A stretch of DNA of 64,000 nt from Octopus sinensis. Taxonomy: Eukaryota. The notes beneath the pieces are model-generated. The model did not search any database, had not been told where the DNA came from, and saw nothing but the letters and a program-made list of their open reading frames with translations. Positions within the stretch are counted from its first letter, which is position 1. The number at the start of each line of letters is the position of its first letter. The translations under genes and the position numbers were made by a program. Positions 41,308 through 55,200 of the stretch are shown one piece after another. Location of the stretch: assembly GCF_006345805.1 (NCBI RefSeq), contig NC_042998.1, forward strand, positions 72,292,001 through 72,356,000, in the 5' to 3' direction.

Positions 41308-41660
41308 AAGTAGCTTGCTTACCAACCACCTGATTCCAGGTTCATTCCCACTGCGTAGCACCTTGAGCAAGTGTCTTCTATTATAGCCTCTGCCGACCTA
41401 ATCTTTGTGAGTGGATTTGATTGACGGAAACTGAAAGCAGCCCGTCGTATATATGTATATATGTATGTGTGTGTATGTTTATATGTTTGTGTTTGTCTCC
41501 CACAACATCGCCTGACAACCGATGCTGGTGTGTTTACGTGTCCGTAACTTAGCGATTCGGCAAAAGAGATTATAGAATAAGTACTAGGCTTACAAAGAAT
41601 AAGTTCTGGGTATGATTTGCTCGATTAAAGGCGGTGCTCCAGCATGGCCACAGTCAAAAG
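41308..41660 (+). mobile_element. SINE family A, 5'-truncated
   Basis: agtagcttgcttaccaaccac...ggtgctccagcatggcc. Confidence 0.8.
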
Positions 41661-41932
41661 TAAAACGATGTTTTATGACGTATCTATTTACTTCTGTCAT
41701 GTGTGTGTGTGTGTCTGTGTGTGCGTGTGTGTGTGTATCCAAAACTAGGCCTAGTCTGTTGATTCTCGGGATGGACATGGGTCGGTTACCTCAAAAATTA
41801 AGAGAATTAAGTGTGTTTTATATATTTCTTGCGAAGTAAGTGCTTCGGTACTCTTAGTCATAAGTTTTCTTTTACAGTATGACATTATGCCGAGCTCTTT
41901 ATACTGATTCATATATATATATATATATATAC

Positions 41933-41965
<33 letters not shown>

Positions 41966-42382
41966 CATACATACACCCACACACACACTCATATATATAT
42001 ATATATATAATATATATATATATATATTATATATATATATATATATATGGGTCCCGGGTTGATTCGGGGTTAACCACAGTAAATAAGGTACTCAATACAT
42101 AGCAGAGTAAAATTCTACAGGACTAGAACTGTTTCATTCAAGAGAAATCTTCAGGAAGCTGAAGATATATATATATATATATGTGAGTGTGTGTAAGAGA
42201 GAATGAAAGAGAGAGATACATGCATGGATGCATACAAACACTTGCCCTAATTATCCCGTAGTAGGTCTGAGCCAGGAAGCAAACGGTTGGGAAGTAACGT
42301 TCTTTCCACACATCTACTCCGGGCATATGCACGCATCAATGTCTGCATGTTTGCAAGTATGTATTTATACATATATATACTT

Positions 42383-42463
<81 letters not shown>

Positions 42464-42755
42464 AACAATTGAAGTAGCACATATCGGGCGCAATAATTTG
42501 ACACCGTTCTTCAGTTTACACTTGTGTATTTCTAATTCACTTATCTCTGAACATACCCCTCGCGTGTTCTAAACTGCCTTACGTACTGTATATTTAATAA
42601 AATACACATATCTGAATTAGTCAATAGCGGATAATATAGTCAGTTGGATTAAGTTGAGTAAATACATCACTGGAATATCATTTTCCTACTACTTCTTTAC
42701 CGAAGTTGGAATTCGTCTAAAAATTGTTGTGTCTATTCAACTGAATCATGCTTAT

Positions 42756-42787
<32 letters not shown>

Positions 42788-42886
42788 CATATACGAGCTT
42801 TCAATGACGAAACGTAGAAGAGTGATGAGTCTAAATGTTAATAATTATAAACGTAAAAAATTACTCATTTTTTGCAGAATTTATAT

Positions 42887-43069
42887 AGGGGTAGGGGCTT
42901 AAAAGTTCCTGGCTTTTTAGATAAAAGATAATACAGGAGGATCAGTTAATTATCATTTTCTTCAACATATTTCACTCTCAGGTTCATGCCCATATTGCAA
43001 TAGTCCTTCGTGCCTCAAACCAGTCCTTTCGCGACATTCTTAGAGCCCTGAACTTTTTATCACCCCCGT
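42887..43069. mobile_element. Mariner-like MITE
   Basis: Imperfect TIRs ggggcttaaaagttcctggct / agccctgaactttttatcaccccc. Confidence 0.5.
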
Positions 43070-43388
43070 GTGTATATATATTTAGTTATGTTTGTTTGTG
43101 TGTGAGAGAAAGAGAGCGTGGATATGTATGTGTCTTCGTGCATGTGTTTGTTACTCCACCACCGCTTGTCAACCTGTGTTGATGTGTTTCTGTTACCGTA
43201 GCATAGCGGTTTGGCAAAATAGTTCGACATAATAAGTTCTGGGCTTAAAAAAATTATTCCTGGGGTTAATTTGTTCTACCAAAAGTCTTCAAGGCGATGC
43301 TGCAGAATGAAAGAATTAAAAAAATACGCCAAAGTTCAGAAATGCGCTCACGCACACACACAAATGCACAAACGCACAAACAAGTGTA

Positions 43389-43434
<46 letters not shown>

Positions 43435-44329
43435 TTTCCTAGTGGGGGGTTATTTAGGCAGTAATGTTTTGCTATCTTAGATAATACTGTAAAGAAAGTA
43501 AGCAAATAGTGTTGCGTGCGTGGAAAAATACGAAAGAACGATCGTGTACAAAGACTGATATTTCAAAAAGATTTATCCATAAAATAAAACAGATCAACAT
43601 CTTTGAACACAGCAAAAACATTAGTAAAGCAGATAGGAGCAAAAGGAATTAAGTATGTCATCCTTGTTTGTTTTGTAGGTAATTTGATATTCTTGTAGCT
43701 TGTTATGATCCTGCAGAAGAATGTAACGTGAAGACATCACGTATGTAGAAATGGATTAGGAATTGAGTAAAATAAATACGATGAAAAGTTTTATGAAAGA
43801 GAAAAGATTGCTTCCAAATTCCCTGCAGGTCAACGAAAGAAACTGATACAAAACTTCTTTCAATTTTGGTAGCACATTTCAATTTTTTTGTTTGTTTGAT
43901 TGTTTACTTTTCTGTATTTTTAAAGAGAATATACGAAAATATATTTTTATAAGTTATGGTTCGGTTCTATTTACTTTGGATTTCACATTGATCATCTTTT
44001 CTTCATATAATCCTTTATGTCGGAGAAAGTTATTTTGTTGTAAGCATTTTATTTTTCATTCACTTGTACTCTGACATTTAAACAAATGAACACACGCAGA
44101 ATATATAGAATATATAAACTCGCACTCCGTCGGTTACTACGACTAACGCTCCTGTTGATCTTATCTACGGAATATCCTACTCGTAAAATATACGTGCAAG
44201 TCACTGGGCAATCCACAAACACGTTTACCCTTAATGTATTTCTCACGGATATTCATCACAACACGGATTGTAATAAGGCTGACTCTTTGTATTACTACTA
44301 CAAGTTATGTTTTTTTTACCAGCTTAGAG

Positions 44330-45165
44330 GACTAGAGCAGCGGGAAATAATGTCTCTTGCCCAAAGATACAACGCACCGACAGAGATCGAACTCACAACC
44401 TTACGACCGTGAGCCGAACACCCTAACAACTAACCCACGTGCTCAATACTTCACCTACAAATTTATTAAATTGTAGAGTTTGTGGAGGAAGCGCATGGCC
44501 TAGTAGTTAGTGTGTTGGACTTATAATCGAAAAATTGTGATTTCAGTTGCTGGACGGAATTGTGTTTTGGGGCAACATATTTCACGTTGCTCCAGTCCAC
44601 TCAGTTGGCCAAAATGAGTAAACCTGGGACGGACTGGCGTCCCTTCCAAGTGGGAATATATACGCCTCTATGAATCTATATTATTCGGGAAATATCTTTA
44701 TCCTTTATTCTATAGGGTCGATGGGAGACGGAGGATTTTGTCGGATGCTATGGAATTAATGAGTATCGATATACTAACACACATATTTCCTAATTTATTT
44801 ATTAAAAATTATACACTATTATCATAAGGATTCAGTGAAGCATGTATTTACAAAAAATAATAATAAAGAAACAAAGAAGAGTGTGAGTCGATTACATTGA
44901 CCCCAGTGTGCAACTGGGCTTATTTTATCGTCCCCGAAAGTTTGAAATTAAAAGTCGATATCGAATATAGAACATAAAAACGGAACAAATAAGATTATTA
45001 ATATTTGTCTCAAATTGTGACACAAGGCCAGCAGTTTCGAGGAGGACGTAAGTTGATTACAACGACCACAGTTTTCAACTGGTACTTAGTTCATCGATCC
45101 TGAAGTTTGAAAGGCAAAGTCGGACTCGGTGGAATTTTAACTCAGAACGTAATGATGGACGAATA
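44330..45165. mobile_element. Cluster of SINE fragments (families B and C, both strands)
   Basis: tRNA-like head at 44330-44445 (-), family C at 44488-44700 (+), family B at 44870-45165 (-). Confidence 0.6.
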
Positions 45166-45249
45166 TTATCATTAAAGAAGTGCATTATTCCAATTGTTAA
45201 CATTCTTTTGACTCTTTGTTCCTTCATCCTAATTTTATAGAGCAATTGC

Positions 45250-46700
45250 ATATTAATTTCAATTTACTCCTGCAGTACTCGTAGTTCAGCACAAATTTCT
45301 ACATTGAAGCTGCCCATCATATTCATAACCGTGACATTAGATAACCTAGTTCACTTTCATAAGACTATCTATGTACATTCGTGAGAACATCCTGAAGAAT
45401 TACTTCTATATATTCATTTGAGATTACTGTTTCTGCTAGTTAAATCCCATATTTATGTCATCTGTAATTTCTTGTGATTTGGAAGCGAATGTTTCCGCAA
45501 AGCTGATCTAAGCACTGATCTGTCTAATACTGCAGATACTTTTAGCATTATTTTTGCCACAATGACAGACATTCGGTCCATGTGTATGAATTAGCAACAT
45601 GAAATTCGAGGTTGCTGAGGCTTCATAAAGAAATTCTATTCTATGCGCAATAAGACCCTGTAGGAAATTTGATATCACTCTCTAAACATCGAGCAAGTGT
45701 TTGTTTATAGATGATATCTAAGGCAAATAATGTAATTATCTTCTGCGTACATTTTTGCCTTTCTTTCTGCTTCACGCATTTGCAAACAAAATGCATTTCC
45801 TGAAGCAACGACAGAAATCTCTGCTCAATATTAGTTTACTTCTGTTTTCAATTTCATTTTATGTATCTCTGCCAATGACATCAATATAACTTACGTTGTT
45901 TCGTCGTCTATTAGATTTCGAGAGTCTCCAGTGGCCTCTAATACGGTCTGTTGTTCTTCATAAGAGCTGTGGTCAGTAAAACCCATCATATTCTGGGAGA
46001 TAATAGGTGAGAGGGACGGAAGAGTTATGCATTGATATGCTAAAATATCAATGTCATATTAGTTAACCGGTATTAGATTGTTAATGTGGAATATTCATAG
46101 AATCGCATCTGATTTATAAAGACGCATAATCAAAAGTGCAGCAATTATGGTAGATTGACATTCAGAATACAGTTTCTGCGTACATTGCTTCAGGCTGTCA
46201 ATTTAACTAATGTTACCTTTTCCAGCGAATATTTTTACCATAATCTTATGATGTTAAATCTATTACAAATTAGCCCCGAGGCGTTTTTGTAAATTTGCAA
46301 TTGAATGCAATTCGTTGGGAGCATATAGAATTTCTGAACCAACAATTATCACATAAATCTTCATCCTGTTTCGAAATATATTTATTTGCTTTATCGTTTG
46401 CATTTCTAAATATACCATAGATATTTATCCAATACTGTATATCGAGTTTGGTTGAAAGGCATACCTATTTGGATATAGAAATAACTAATGTCTATATCGT
46501 GTGATATTTGTGTGAAATTGTTACTTACATAATATCCTATTTCAATTCTGCGCTGCATGAATAAAAATACATAATTTAAGTATGTTAAACTGTCCGCGAT
46601 ATGCGGTCCTTTAGATATAGTGCAGAACAATGAGTGATTTTCTAATGAATTACGTCGATATACCAATGAAATTAAAGATTATCCCCTATCGTTCTGATTT
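45250..46700 (-). mobile_element. Highly degenerate Penelope-like RT plus GIY-YIG
   Basis: Remnants in expected order: PHIADSLTYLN, HDI.., DNCWFRNSI.SQ.IA..ANL, CGKNNAKSIC, FN..NSNL.IY..SGC; many stops. Confidence 0.45.
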
Positions 46701-47121
46701 CTGGATTAATCGAAAAGGATTCTTCCTTCGTAAGCGAGGTACATGATAAGAGTAATACTTACATATAACCATAGAAAAAGCAGATGCAAAGTCATGAGTA
46801 CATCTAAGTACCGCAAATATATCCAAATAGAAATTCTGTAGCGAACCTCAACACCCGTGTATTCAGTCAGGAAACGCAAGAAAAGTGGTTACCAGTGACG
46901 AAGTAAATGGTAATGAATTTACCTCTACTATAAAGATAGATTTTGTTTTCTTGTGTCCTTACTTATAATTGTTTAAAATTTTCCCCTTAAAAGGTATTTT
47001 AATATACTCGCCATTGATAAAAGTTTTTGAAACAAAATGCTATCCTTATGTTAGAAGTATATATATATATATATTATATATATAATATATATATAATATA
47101 TATATATATATGTATGTATGT

Positions 47122-47498
47122 ACAGCTATGAGAGAGAATCCACTATGTGGACGCTCTTACGCTAGATATAGATCCGCAAAGGGACTCAACCACTAAGAAT
47201 TGTTCTCAAGAAATAATTCAACACAGCAAGAACGTAAGCGAGCAGGACATATGAAAAATAACGAAAATATAGATTAACCCCATACAATTGTTTCACCGTT
47301 AATAAATTATGTAATTTATTAACGGTTGAAATATTTGTATGGGGTTAATCTATTTTCGTTATTTTTCATTTGTCCTGTTAGCTTACGTTCTTGTTGTGTT
47401 GAATTATTTCTTGAGAACAATTCTTAGTGGTTGAGTCCCTTTGCGGATCTATATCTAGCGTAAGAGCGTCCACAAAGTGGATTCTCTCTCATAGTTGT
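47122..47498. repeat. Palindrome, ~189-bp arms, 2-nt spacer, about 95% identity by eye
   Basis: Centre aaatta-tg-taattt at 47310/47311; several arm mismatches; abuts (TA)n. Confidence 0.9.
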
Positions 47499-47604
47499 GT
47501 ATTATTAATGTTTACTGAATCTCAGTCTTTTATCCGCTAGGCCACTGGTGTTTAAATTGATGTTATCAAATTAATATCCAATTTTGTCAACCTCATTTTG
47601 AGTG

Positions 47605-47646
<42 letters not shown>

Positions 47647-48350
47647 TATATATATATATTATATATATATATATATATATATTATAAACATATATACATA
47701 TATAGATAGATAGAGAGAGAGAGAGAATTATTTATATATATATATATTATATATATATATAATATATATATATAGATATACAGAAGGCTTAAAGGTTAAA
47801 AAATATATATATTTGCGTCAATATGTCTGAAGAATATTAAATTTTTTTCCCCTTACAATGACATAGTTTAGAAGAAAGACCGGTTTCGCGTTTAGCTTTT
47901 AAAATTTCTTACGACGTTACGTTTATGTTGAATAGAGTTATCGTTATGTTTATGTTTAAAAGAGTTCTAAATAAGGGGAGGTAATGAGTGATTTTTTTCC
48001 GGTGTAAGGGTGATAATCGCTTTTTTTTTTTTTTCCTTTCCCTGGTGTGAATTTCTCTGTATCAGTATGTTGGCATGGTTAAGTCTGGGCTTGTACTTTT
48101 CAATGAAGAATGATTCCTTGTTTAGTCTAATTTGTGTTGATGATCCGATAGCACATTGGTAAAATGGAAAGATTAAAAATTGTGGTAGTAGTTGCTTTGC
48201 GCATTTCTCAATGTGCTCACTAAAAGGTATCATTCTGTATTCTGGGAATGCAATCTGTTGTCGATGCAGTGTGCATCTACGTCTGAGTGATAGTCCCGTG
48301 GATCCCCCGTATCTTGGTGGCAGCCCGAGCATTTTATGACATAAATTATG

Positions 48351-50748
48351 GGCACTGTCATGCCTTTGGGTGTCAGAAGTGAAAGTAGAGAAATCTGACG
48401 TCAGACGTCAACTTCGTGTATTCACGTCGTCTTTCGTTTATTTACGCCGTTTATTTACGTACCACTGAAATGCAAGTAAAAGCTTGTATGTATGTATGTA
48501 TGTATGTATATATATATACATACATACACATATATATAAATATACATGTATATATACATATATATATATATATTTAATACATACATATATATAATATATA
48601 CATGTATTTTTACCGCTTTAGTCGCACAAATCGACCCCAGAACTTATTCTATGGTCTTTTTTCTTAACCACTATACATTATATCATACATACAGATAGAT
48701 AGATAGATACACACACACACATATAATAGATATAAAATGTGTACGTGTGTACATTTTTCAGAAAAAAATTCATACATTTTAATATTAATAGCATTTCTCT
48801 TATTTTTTACATGAAGTTTTCGAAAAATGAATTAGAATGTAAAAATCAAATATATCAAATTAATAAACGCAAATTATTAGAATGTAAAAATCAAATATAT
48901 CAAATTAATAAACGCAAATTATTTTCAAATATCATTTTCAACGGTGAGATTATCAAAATATAAACTTGAAGTTAAGTTTAAAAATAAATGCGATACTCAT
49001 TCTGTCTGATACTTATGCTCAATACATGGATATAGCTGTCGAATTTGTTCTATCAACTTCCCGATATATCATCCTAAATTCATAGCGCCACATGAATTCG
49101 ATGAGATGGGTCTGAAGTAAATTCTGGCTGTTCCACATTCTCTCCTATTTCGAGTCTTTACGTGTTTCCATAAACATTCTATGTGGTTGGTTGTGGCAAA
49201 TGTTACCGGATCAACAAAATTTATAGAATGATTCACGGTCAAATGTCTGTATCCTAGCTGACTGAGTGTATTATACGAACGCCAAAGGTCGGATATTATT
49301 GTTGTACCAGGCAATATACGCTCGCGTATAATCTGTAATAGAGTGTCCGCTGTTCGATTTTCAACTGCCACTAAAATACATCTTCTACTATCTCTTTCTA
49401 ATGCACCAAACACCCATTGCGTTTTAACCCGATGGCCAACATGATATTTTCTCTTAACAAACGCAGTTTCATCTATTTCAACGATTCTATTGGTCCTCCC
49501 AGTTTAATATTCTGTGCAACATAATTTCTGCACATACATCGCGGCAAAAATTCCTCCAATCGGTTACCGCTACATTTGCTAAATGACATCCTGTCCTATT
49601 CCTTTTGCTATGACATCCTGTCCTATTCCTTTTGCTAAATCTTCTTTGGCCAGGTAAAACAAAATATCTATGATCTGTTGACACTTCAATTTGCTATTTC
49701 TAAAAATGTTCCTTTTCTAATTGACACGGATTTTCTACAAGGTCTTCCACACGACCATATTATTTCATCAGATAACTACTTTTTCGTTACTTCTCTCATG
49801 GTAGCTCCACACGATGTACATATTTTCTGGGTATTCAAAAGGCCATGTCTCTTAAGCCAATTAATGCTATCTGCTGTTGTAGCAGTGGAGACGGCAATAT
49901 CGCGGTGACTAATTCCTCTTAAACTTGGATATGCAAAAGCCATATTAAAAATTGTTTAGCACGTGTTGATATCACACTGAAAGTTTCTAACTGAATAATT
50001 CCAAAGTTTGATTTACGCACGTGGTGGTCAGTGGTCATTCTGATTGGTGTATGTAATCGCGGTGATGGTCATGGGGGTTCATTTGTGCAGATTTTGGTGT
50101 GATTTCTTTTTTAAAAACAATAATGAATAATGCAAGAATAAATATATTCTTGATAATCTCACCGTTGAAAATGATATTTGAAAATAATTTGCGTTTATTA
50201 ATTTGATATATTTGATTTTTACATTCTAAATAATTTGCGTTTATTAATTTGATATATTTGATTTTTACATTCTAAATTCATTTTTCGAAAACTTCATGTA
50301 AAAAATAAGAGAAATGCTATTAATATTTAAAATGTATGAATTTTTTTCTGAAAAATGTACACACGTACACATTTTATATCTATTATATGTGTGTGTGTGT
50401 ATCTATCTATCTATCTGTATGTATGTATATAATGTATAGTGGTTAAGAAAAAAGACCGATTTGTCGATTTGTGCGACTAAAGGCGGTAAAAATACATGTA
50501 TATATATATATATGTATGTATTAAATATATATATATATATGTATATATACATGTATATTATATATATGTGTGTATGTATGTATATATATATACATACATA
50601 CATACATACATACAAGCTTTTACTTGCATTTCAGTGGTACGTAAATAAACGGCGTAAATAAACGAAAGACGACGTAAATACACGAAGTTGACGTCTGACG
50701 TCAGATTTCCCTACTTTCACTTCTGACACCCAAAGGCATGACAGTGCC
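48351..50748 (-). mobile_element. Merlin (IS1595/IS1016-like) DNA transposon, ~610-bp TIRs, 8-bp TSD
   Basis: TIR ends ggcactgtcatgcc / ggcatgacagtgcc; TSD aaattatg at 48343-48350 and 50749-50756; TIRs ~48351-48962 and ~50143-50748 include 45-bp tandem repeats. Confidence 0.93.
49030..49943 (-). pseudogene. Merlin/ISXO2-type DDE transposase, disrupted
   Basis: CTSC...WSC...SIRKGTF zinc ribbon; VEIDET; QWVFG.LER; IISDLWRSY; VNHS.NFVDP.T...TNHIECLW; stops and a 27-bp internal duplication. Confidence 0.9.
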
Positions 50749-51843
50749 AAATTATGTTTTCAGAGGCACAAGTAAAGTTAGATTTGATCTTGAATTTCTG
50801 TCCCTCTTTAAAGAGGAATTCTGATCCTTCTAGCAGGAATATTTTTAATATTCTTCAGACATATTGACGCAAATATATATATATTTGTTAACCTTTAAGC
50901 CTTCTGTAGTTTTTTCACTTTTTACTATTTTCTATATATTCAACCACGTACTTTCACAAACCAACTTTCTTATCTATATATATATATATACATGTATGAG
51001 TGTGATGTGCATGTGTGTGCGTATGACGCTCAATTGGTAGCCCTAGAAGATATGCTTTGCAAATTTTATCAAGTAAGTGCATTATCACTTGTTATCATCG
51101 GTTCTACTGTATAAAAACCCTTCATAAGCTGTCCGCATGTAATCCATTTAATTTCATTGACTTCCTTCCATAACTTATTAAAGTCCTAAACTTTGCTTAA
51201 TATCAATACACATTTTACATTAAAATTCTGCTGCTATTTATTTCCATAGACACACACACGCGCAAGCATACGCACGCACGCAATCACGCACACATACCCG
51301 CGCTCGCAGACACATGCATTCACACACAAACACACACACATATATATATATAGATAGAGGGAAAAGGAGCGAGGGAGAGAGAAAGAAGGATAGAGGGTTA
51401 TAAAAAGACATGTAGTGAGATGCTCACAGAGAAGAATAAGTCTCATTCATATATCTCATTTAAAACCAAGAAGATAATGGCCATTCCGTTCAAAATGAAA
51501 TATACCGCCCACATTGTATGTTCAATGGAAGTGAATATAGTTCTGTTTATGCTTTTCCTGCGATTGTAACTTCAAGAAAACTAGATTAAAAATATATTGC
51601 TTTAGGTTTTCCTTAAAATGTCACGAACATCATAATCATAATTTTCAGACAACTTGATGTACATAACCCCTTTGATTTTTTACAAAATATTCACTACAAA
51701 ACCTGGGGCCACCACGTGAAGAATTTTAGTTGGCACCAGAACATATTTTTGAACAGAGGTACTCATTCTTTCGGACTCCATCCAGATGATAACGACAATG
51801 ATGATGATGATGATGAGGATATATATATATATATATATATATA

Positions 51844-52164
51844 TAAAGGAAATGAAGAAAATGGTGACAAAATAATTTAAGCAAGGGAGAGTGTATTTAA
51901 TTAGGTGAAAGTTCTTTTTACCGGTTGCACATTTGTTATGCTTATCAAAAGATATTTTTTAAGAGCGATAGAGTTCCTTTCTGATAGATTTTTTTCTCTT
52001 ATCAGATAAGAGAAAAAAATCTATCAGAAAGGAACTCTATCTCTCTTAAAAAAATATCTTTTGATAAGCATAACAAATGCGCAACCGGTAAAAAGAACTT
52101 TCACCTAATTAAATACACTCTCCCTTGCTTAAATTATTTTGTCAGCATTTTCTTCATTTCCTTT
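51844..52164. repeat. Near-perfect palindrome, ~160-bp arms, 1-nt spacer, each arm with a hammerhead-like relic
   Basis: Centre ctcttatc-a-gataagag at 52004; right arm UUGAUAA-GCAU/AUGC-GCAA-CCGG-UA at 52061-52090; between (TA)n tracts. Confidence 0.92.
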
Positions 52165-52211
52165 TTTTATATATCACAACTCGTGTTCCACATCTCCTTT
52201 TTTAAATATAT

Positions 52212-52275
<64 letters not shown>

Positions 52276-53903
52276 TACATACATACATACATACATAGAT
52301 GGGTAGATAGATAGATATAGCTATGTATGATATGTGAGTCTGTGTGTGTGTGTATCAGTTGAATGAAGTTACATGATCTGATTTTCACGTTGTTTTATTA
52401 TTGAATTCAAAAATTTTACAGTTTCCGATTACCAAATCTACTCACACGGGTCTAGTTAAAGACACCTGCCATTATGCCACGCTGTGAGACTGAACACGGA
52501 ACCAATGTAAGTGGGTAGTAGGTTAACTTCTAAGAACACACCCACATTACATTACATAAAGTTTTCACTTTCGGTCGGTTATACCTAATTATCATGTTAG
52601 TTAAGATGAAATAGATTGGAAACATATCAAAGCAGTTCAACGTTTACATTCGTTACCAGAAATTATTGAATAACAGACGTATCTTTGATGTTATGTGAAA
52701 CAATTATGCAAACCAGGGTAAAGGCATATATTTCAAATGTCAACAAGGTACATATAGGGTTCGCAATAACAACTTGAGTGTTTTGCATGCAACAAAATGA
52801 GAAGTGAGCTATTTCCTTTATTCGTTTGGTTTGTGTTCGTCAAACTAAATCGAGACTTGTGTCGGTAAACAGAATGGAAATCTAATTTGTATACACGTTT
52901 TATATAAATTTATAAATAAATTAGAATTTCGTGATTTTATAAAACAAATTCTAGGACAACTTTCGTCCGATAATTCGGATAAAGCTATAAAAGTATAGGT
53001 TTGTTGTTGATATTTACAGTTTATTAATGTTCTAACCAATAATGTTGAGGTAAATATTAATTTGGCAGAAAATAGCATTCATTAGAAAGCGAAAAAGAAT
53101 TCTTTTCATGGCAATTTTTTTATGGCATCGAAATTCAGCGTATGTATTGTTTTACCGAAATTCCTTTCATTAAATACAAAATGATCTTAAATATATATAT
53201 GTATATTTGTTTTTAAGCGAATTCATGTAGCTAATTTCAACTCACGTATATTTACTATATTTACTAAGGACTGGAGTTATAATTCTTCAATAATTGTACT
53301 TCTGTAAAGACTCATTATATTCTTAATGTAAAAGGTTATATTCTATTGTTCTCGGGAAAATAATACGTCATATTGAAATATGTTATCATTTAATGAATTA
53401 ATTACATGAAAGATTTATATAAAATCAATTGAAAATATTCCATTACCCTTATCAATTTAGTATCGCATTCATACACTCATTTGTTTTATAGAATATGGAT
53501 AATTGAATATCTGGATACGTTTCTATTCTTTCGCACAATTGATGACATTTTAAATTCTTTTTATGTAAAAACTTCATCATCTCATTCCTAATCAATACCT
53601 TTCTTTAGATATGAGTTTCAGTGTGTACATATGTATATATACTTTAATGAATGCATGCACAATGTACGTTGCCTTATGTATTCGTATAAGTGGAAATTGA
53701 TAAAACAAATTTTCAGGAATTAGCTGCAGAGTCAGAAACAGACTTAATTAAATTTCAGTTACAATAGAAATATATTAAAACTTATGAAACATCACATAGA
53801 TATCAAGACAATGATTAAAAGTGGTGAGGAAAAACTTACTATATTTCATGTGATTCTCATTCCTTTTTCTCTCTCAGGCGCTGTTTCAATCTTTAATTTT
53901 CTA

Positions 53904-53992
<89 letters not shown>

Positions 53993-54027
53993 GTACCTAT
54001 CTATCTATGTCACTATCTCTCTCTCTC

Positions 54028-54063
<36 letters not shown>

Positions 54064-54199
54064 CATACAGAGTGGCCCGCAATCTGTTTACAGTGTCAAT
54101 ATTCATACCAACATTTGGGTTGCCTGACTAGATGCGTGATGAGATGCGAGTCACTGATGGGAAAACTCGGAAGATACGGACAAGCACACATAATTTCTA

Positions 54200-55200
54200 T
54201 ATCAGCAGTGACGTAGATCGTCTCTATCTAAAATGAAAGCAAGGCAACAGAGGCTTAACATCCATTCCTGTGGCAAGATTGTTTAGCCACCGTTTTTCAA
54301 AGTGCATCCTTTGACATAGTTTGCATATATAAAGCTGATAACATTATAAGACTTTGAAGACAGCTTCTTCAGCAGCATTCCTTGTTTAAGAACCTTAAAT
54401 ACGTGTCCAAAGAGGTCGCAGAACTCTACAGATCATCCGATAAAAAGATGATCGTATATGAGCAGAAGGCCATGCATGAATATGTTAGTAGAAAGCTCCG
54501 ACATGATAGTAAAATTTATCATTAAATAGTCTATCATGGACCAAGAAGGGGATTCGACCTCCAACTTTAAACGGTATGTGTTTGCAATCTAGGAACAGTA
54601 AATATCAATGAAATACCTGATGCACTAAAGGAAGAGAGATGCAGGAAAAAAAGTAAAATATGACAACCAATGCAGGCTTTGTAGAGTTAACACCGAAGAT
54701 TTTACCCACATCATAAGCAGTTGTCTGAAAATGTCATATATATATAAACAAAGCAGAAAATAAAGCAGAGTGAGACACGTTGACACATCCGAGATGTTAG
54801 TAGCAGCAGAAGAAATTCAATTCATAGTAAATTTGGCAAATATCTTTTAATTGCAATATTGCTTCTAGCAAGTGTGTCTTTGAAACGATCATTGCAACAT
54901 ATCATCATTTGAGAATTACACATAAGAAACAGATAATTCTTATGGCTACGCACATCAATAAATCTTGCTAGCAGTTCTGTGACACGACAATAAGTGAAGT
55001 AAAATCTACCACAATTGGTATAAAATCTTCAGTGGAGATAACCTACTCAAATATCTTTCGAAGGCTTACATTTAGAATATTATACGCTATAACAACCTAA
55101 ACGTTGGACACAAATAAGCTGGAGCTAGAAACACATAAATGTGAAACGTGTATTTACCAGATTCGTCTGCATGACTATATTCTAGTAGTTAATGAGAGGA
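54200..55200 (+). mobile_element. Second, more degenerate R4/Dong-type fragment
   Basis: CRVNTEDFTHIISSCLKMS and KAMHEY motifs parallel those at 37760-39110. Confidence 0.5.

Larger units (their letters stand above)
47782..50935 (-). mobile_element. Penelope-like fragment (GIY-YIG endonuclease plus 3' region, with 5' inverted segment) split by Merlin
   Basis: Rejoined frame FKIKSNFTCASENIIYVIKCSGCHQ/YGGSTGLSLRRRCTLHRQQI...KESFFIEKYKPRLN; 47782-47841 inverted at 50843-50907; hammerhead relic at 47872-47910. Confidence 0.85.

Noticed and set aside
42120-42170. Minus-strand CUGAAGA...GAAA hammerhead-like motif
   Set aside because: Stems I and III do not pair and stem II lacks a closing pair; at best a relic.
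47782-50907. Outer inverted repeats read as TA-flanked Tc1/MITE TIRs
   Set aside because: The repeat is the Penelope 3' region (same sequence at 14790-14830), and the right copy continues beyond the putative end; a 5' inversion explains it better.
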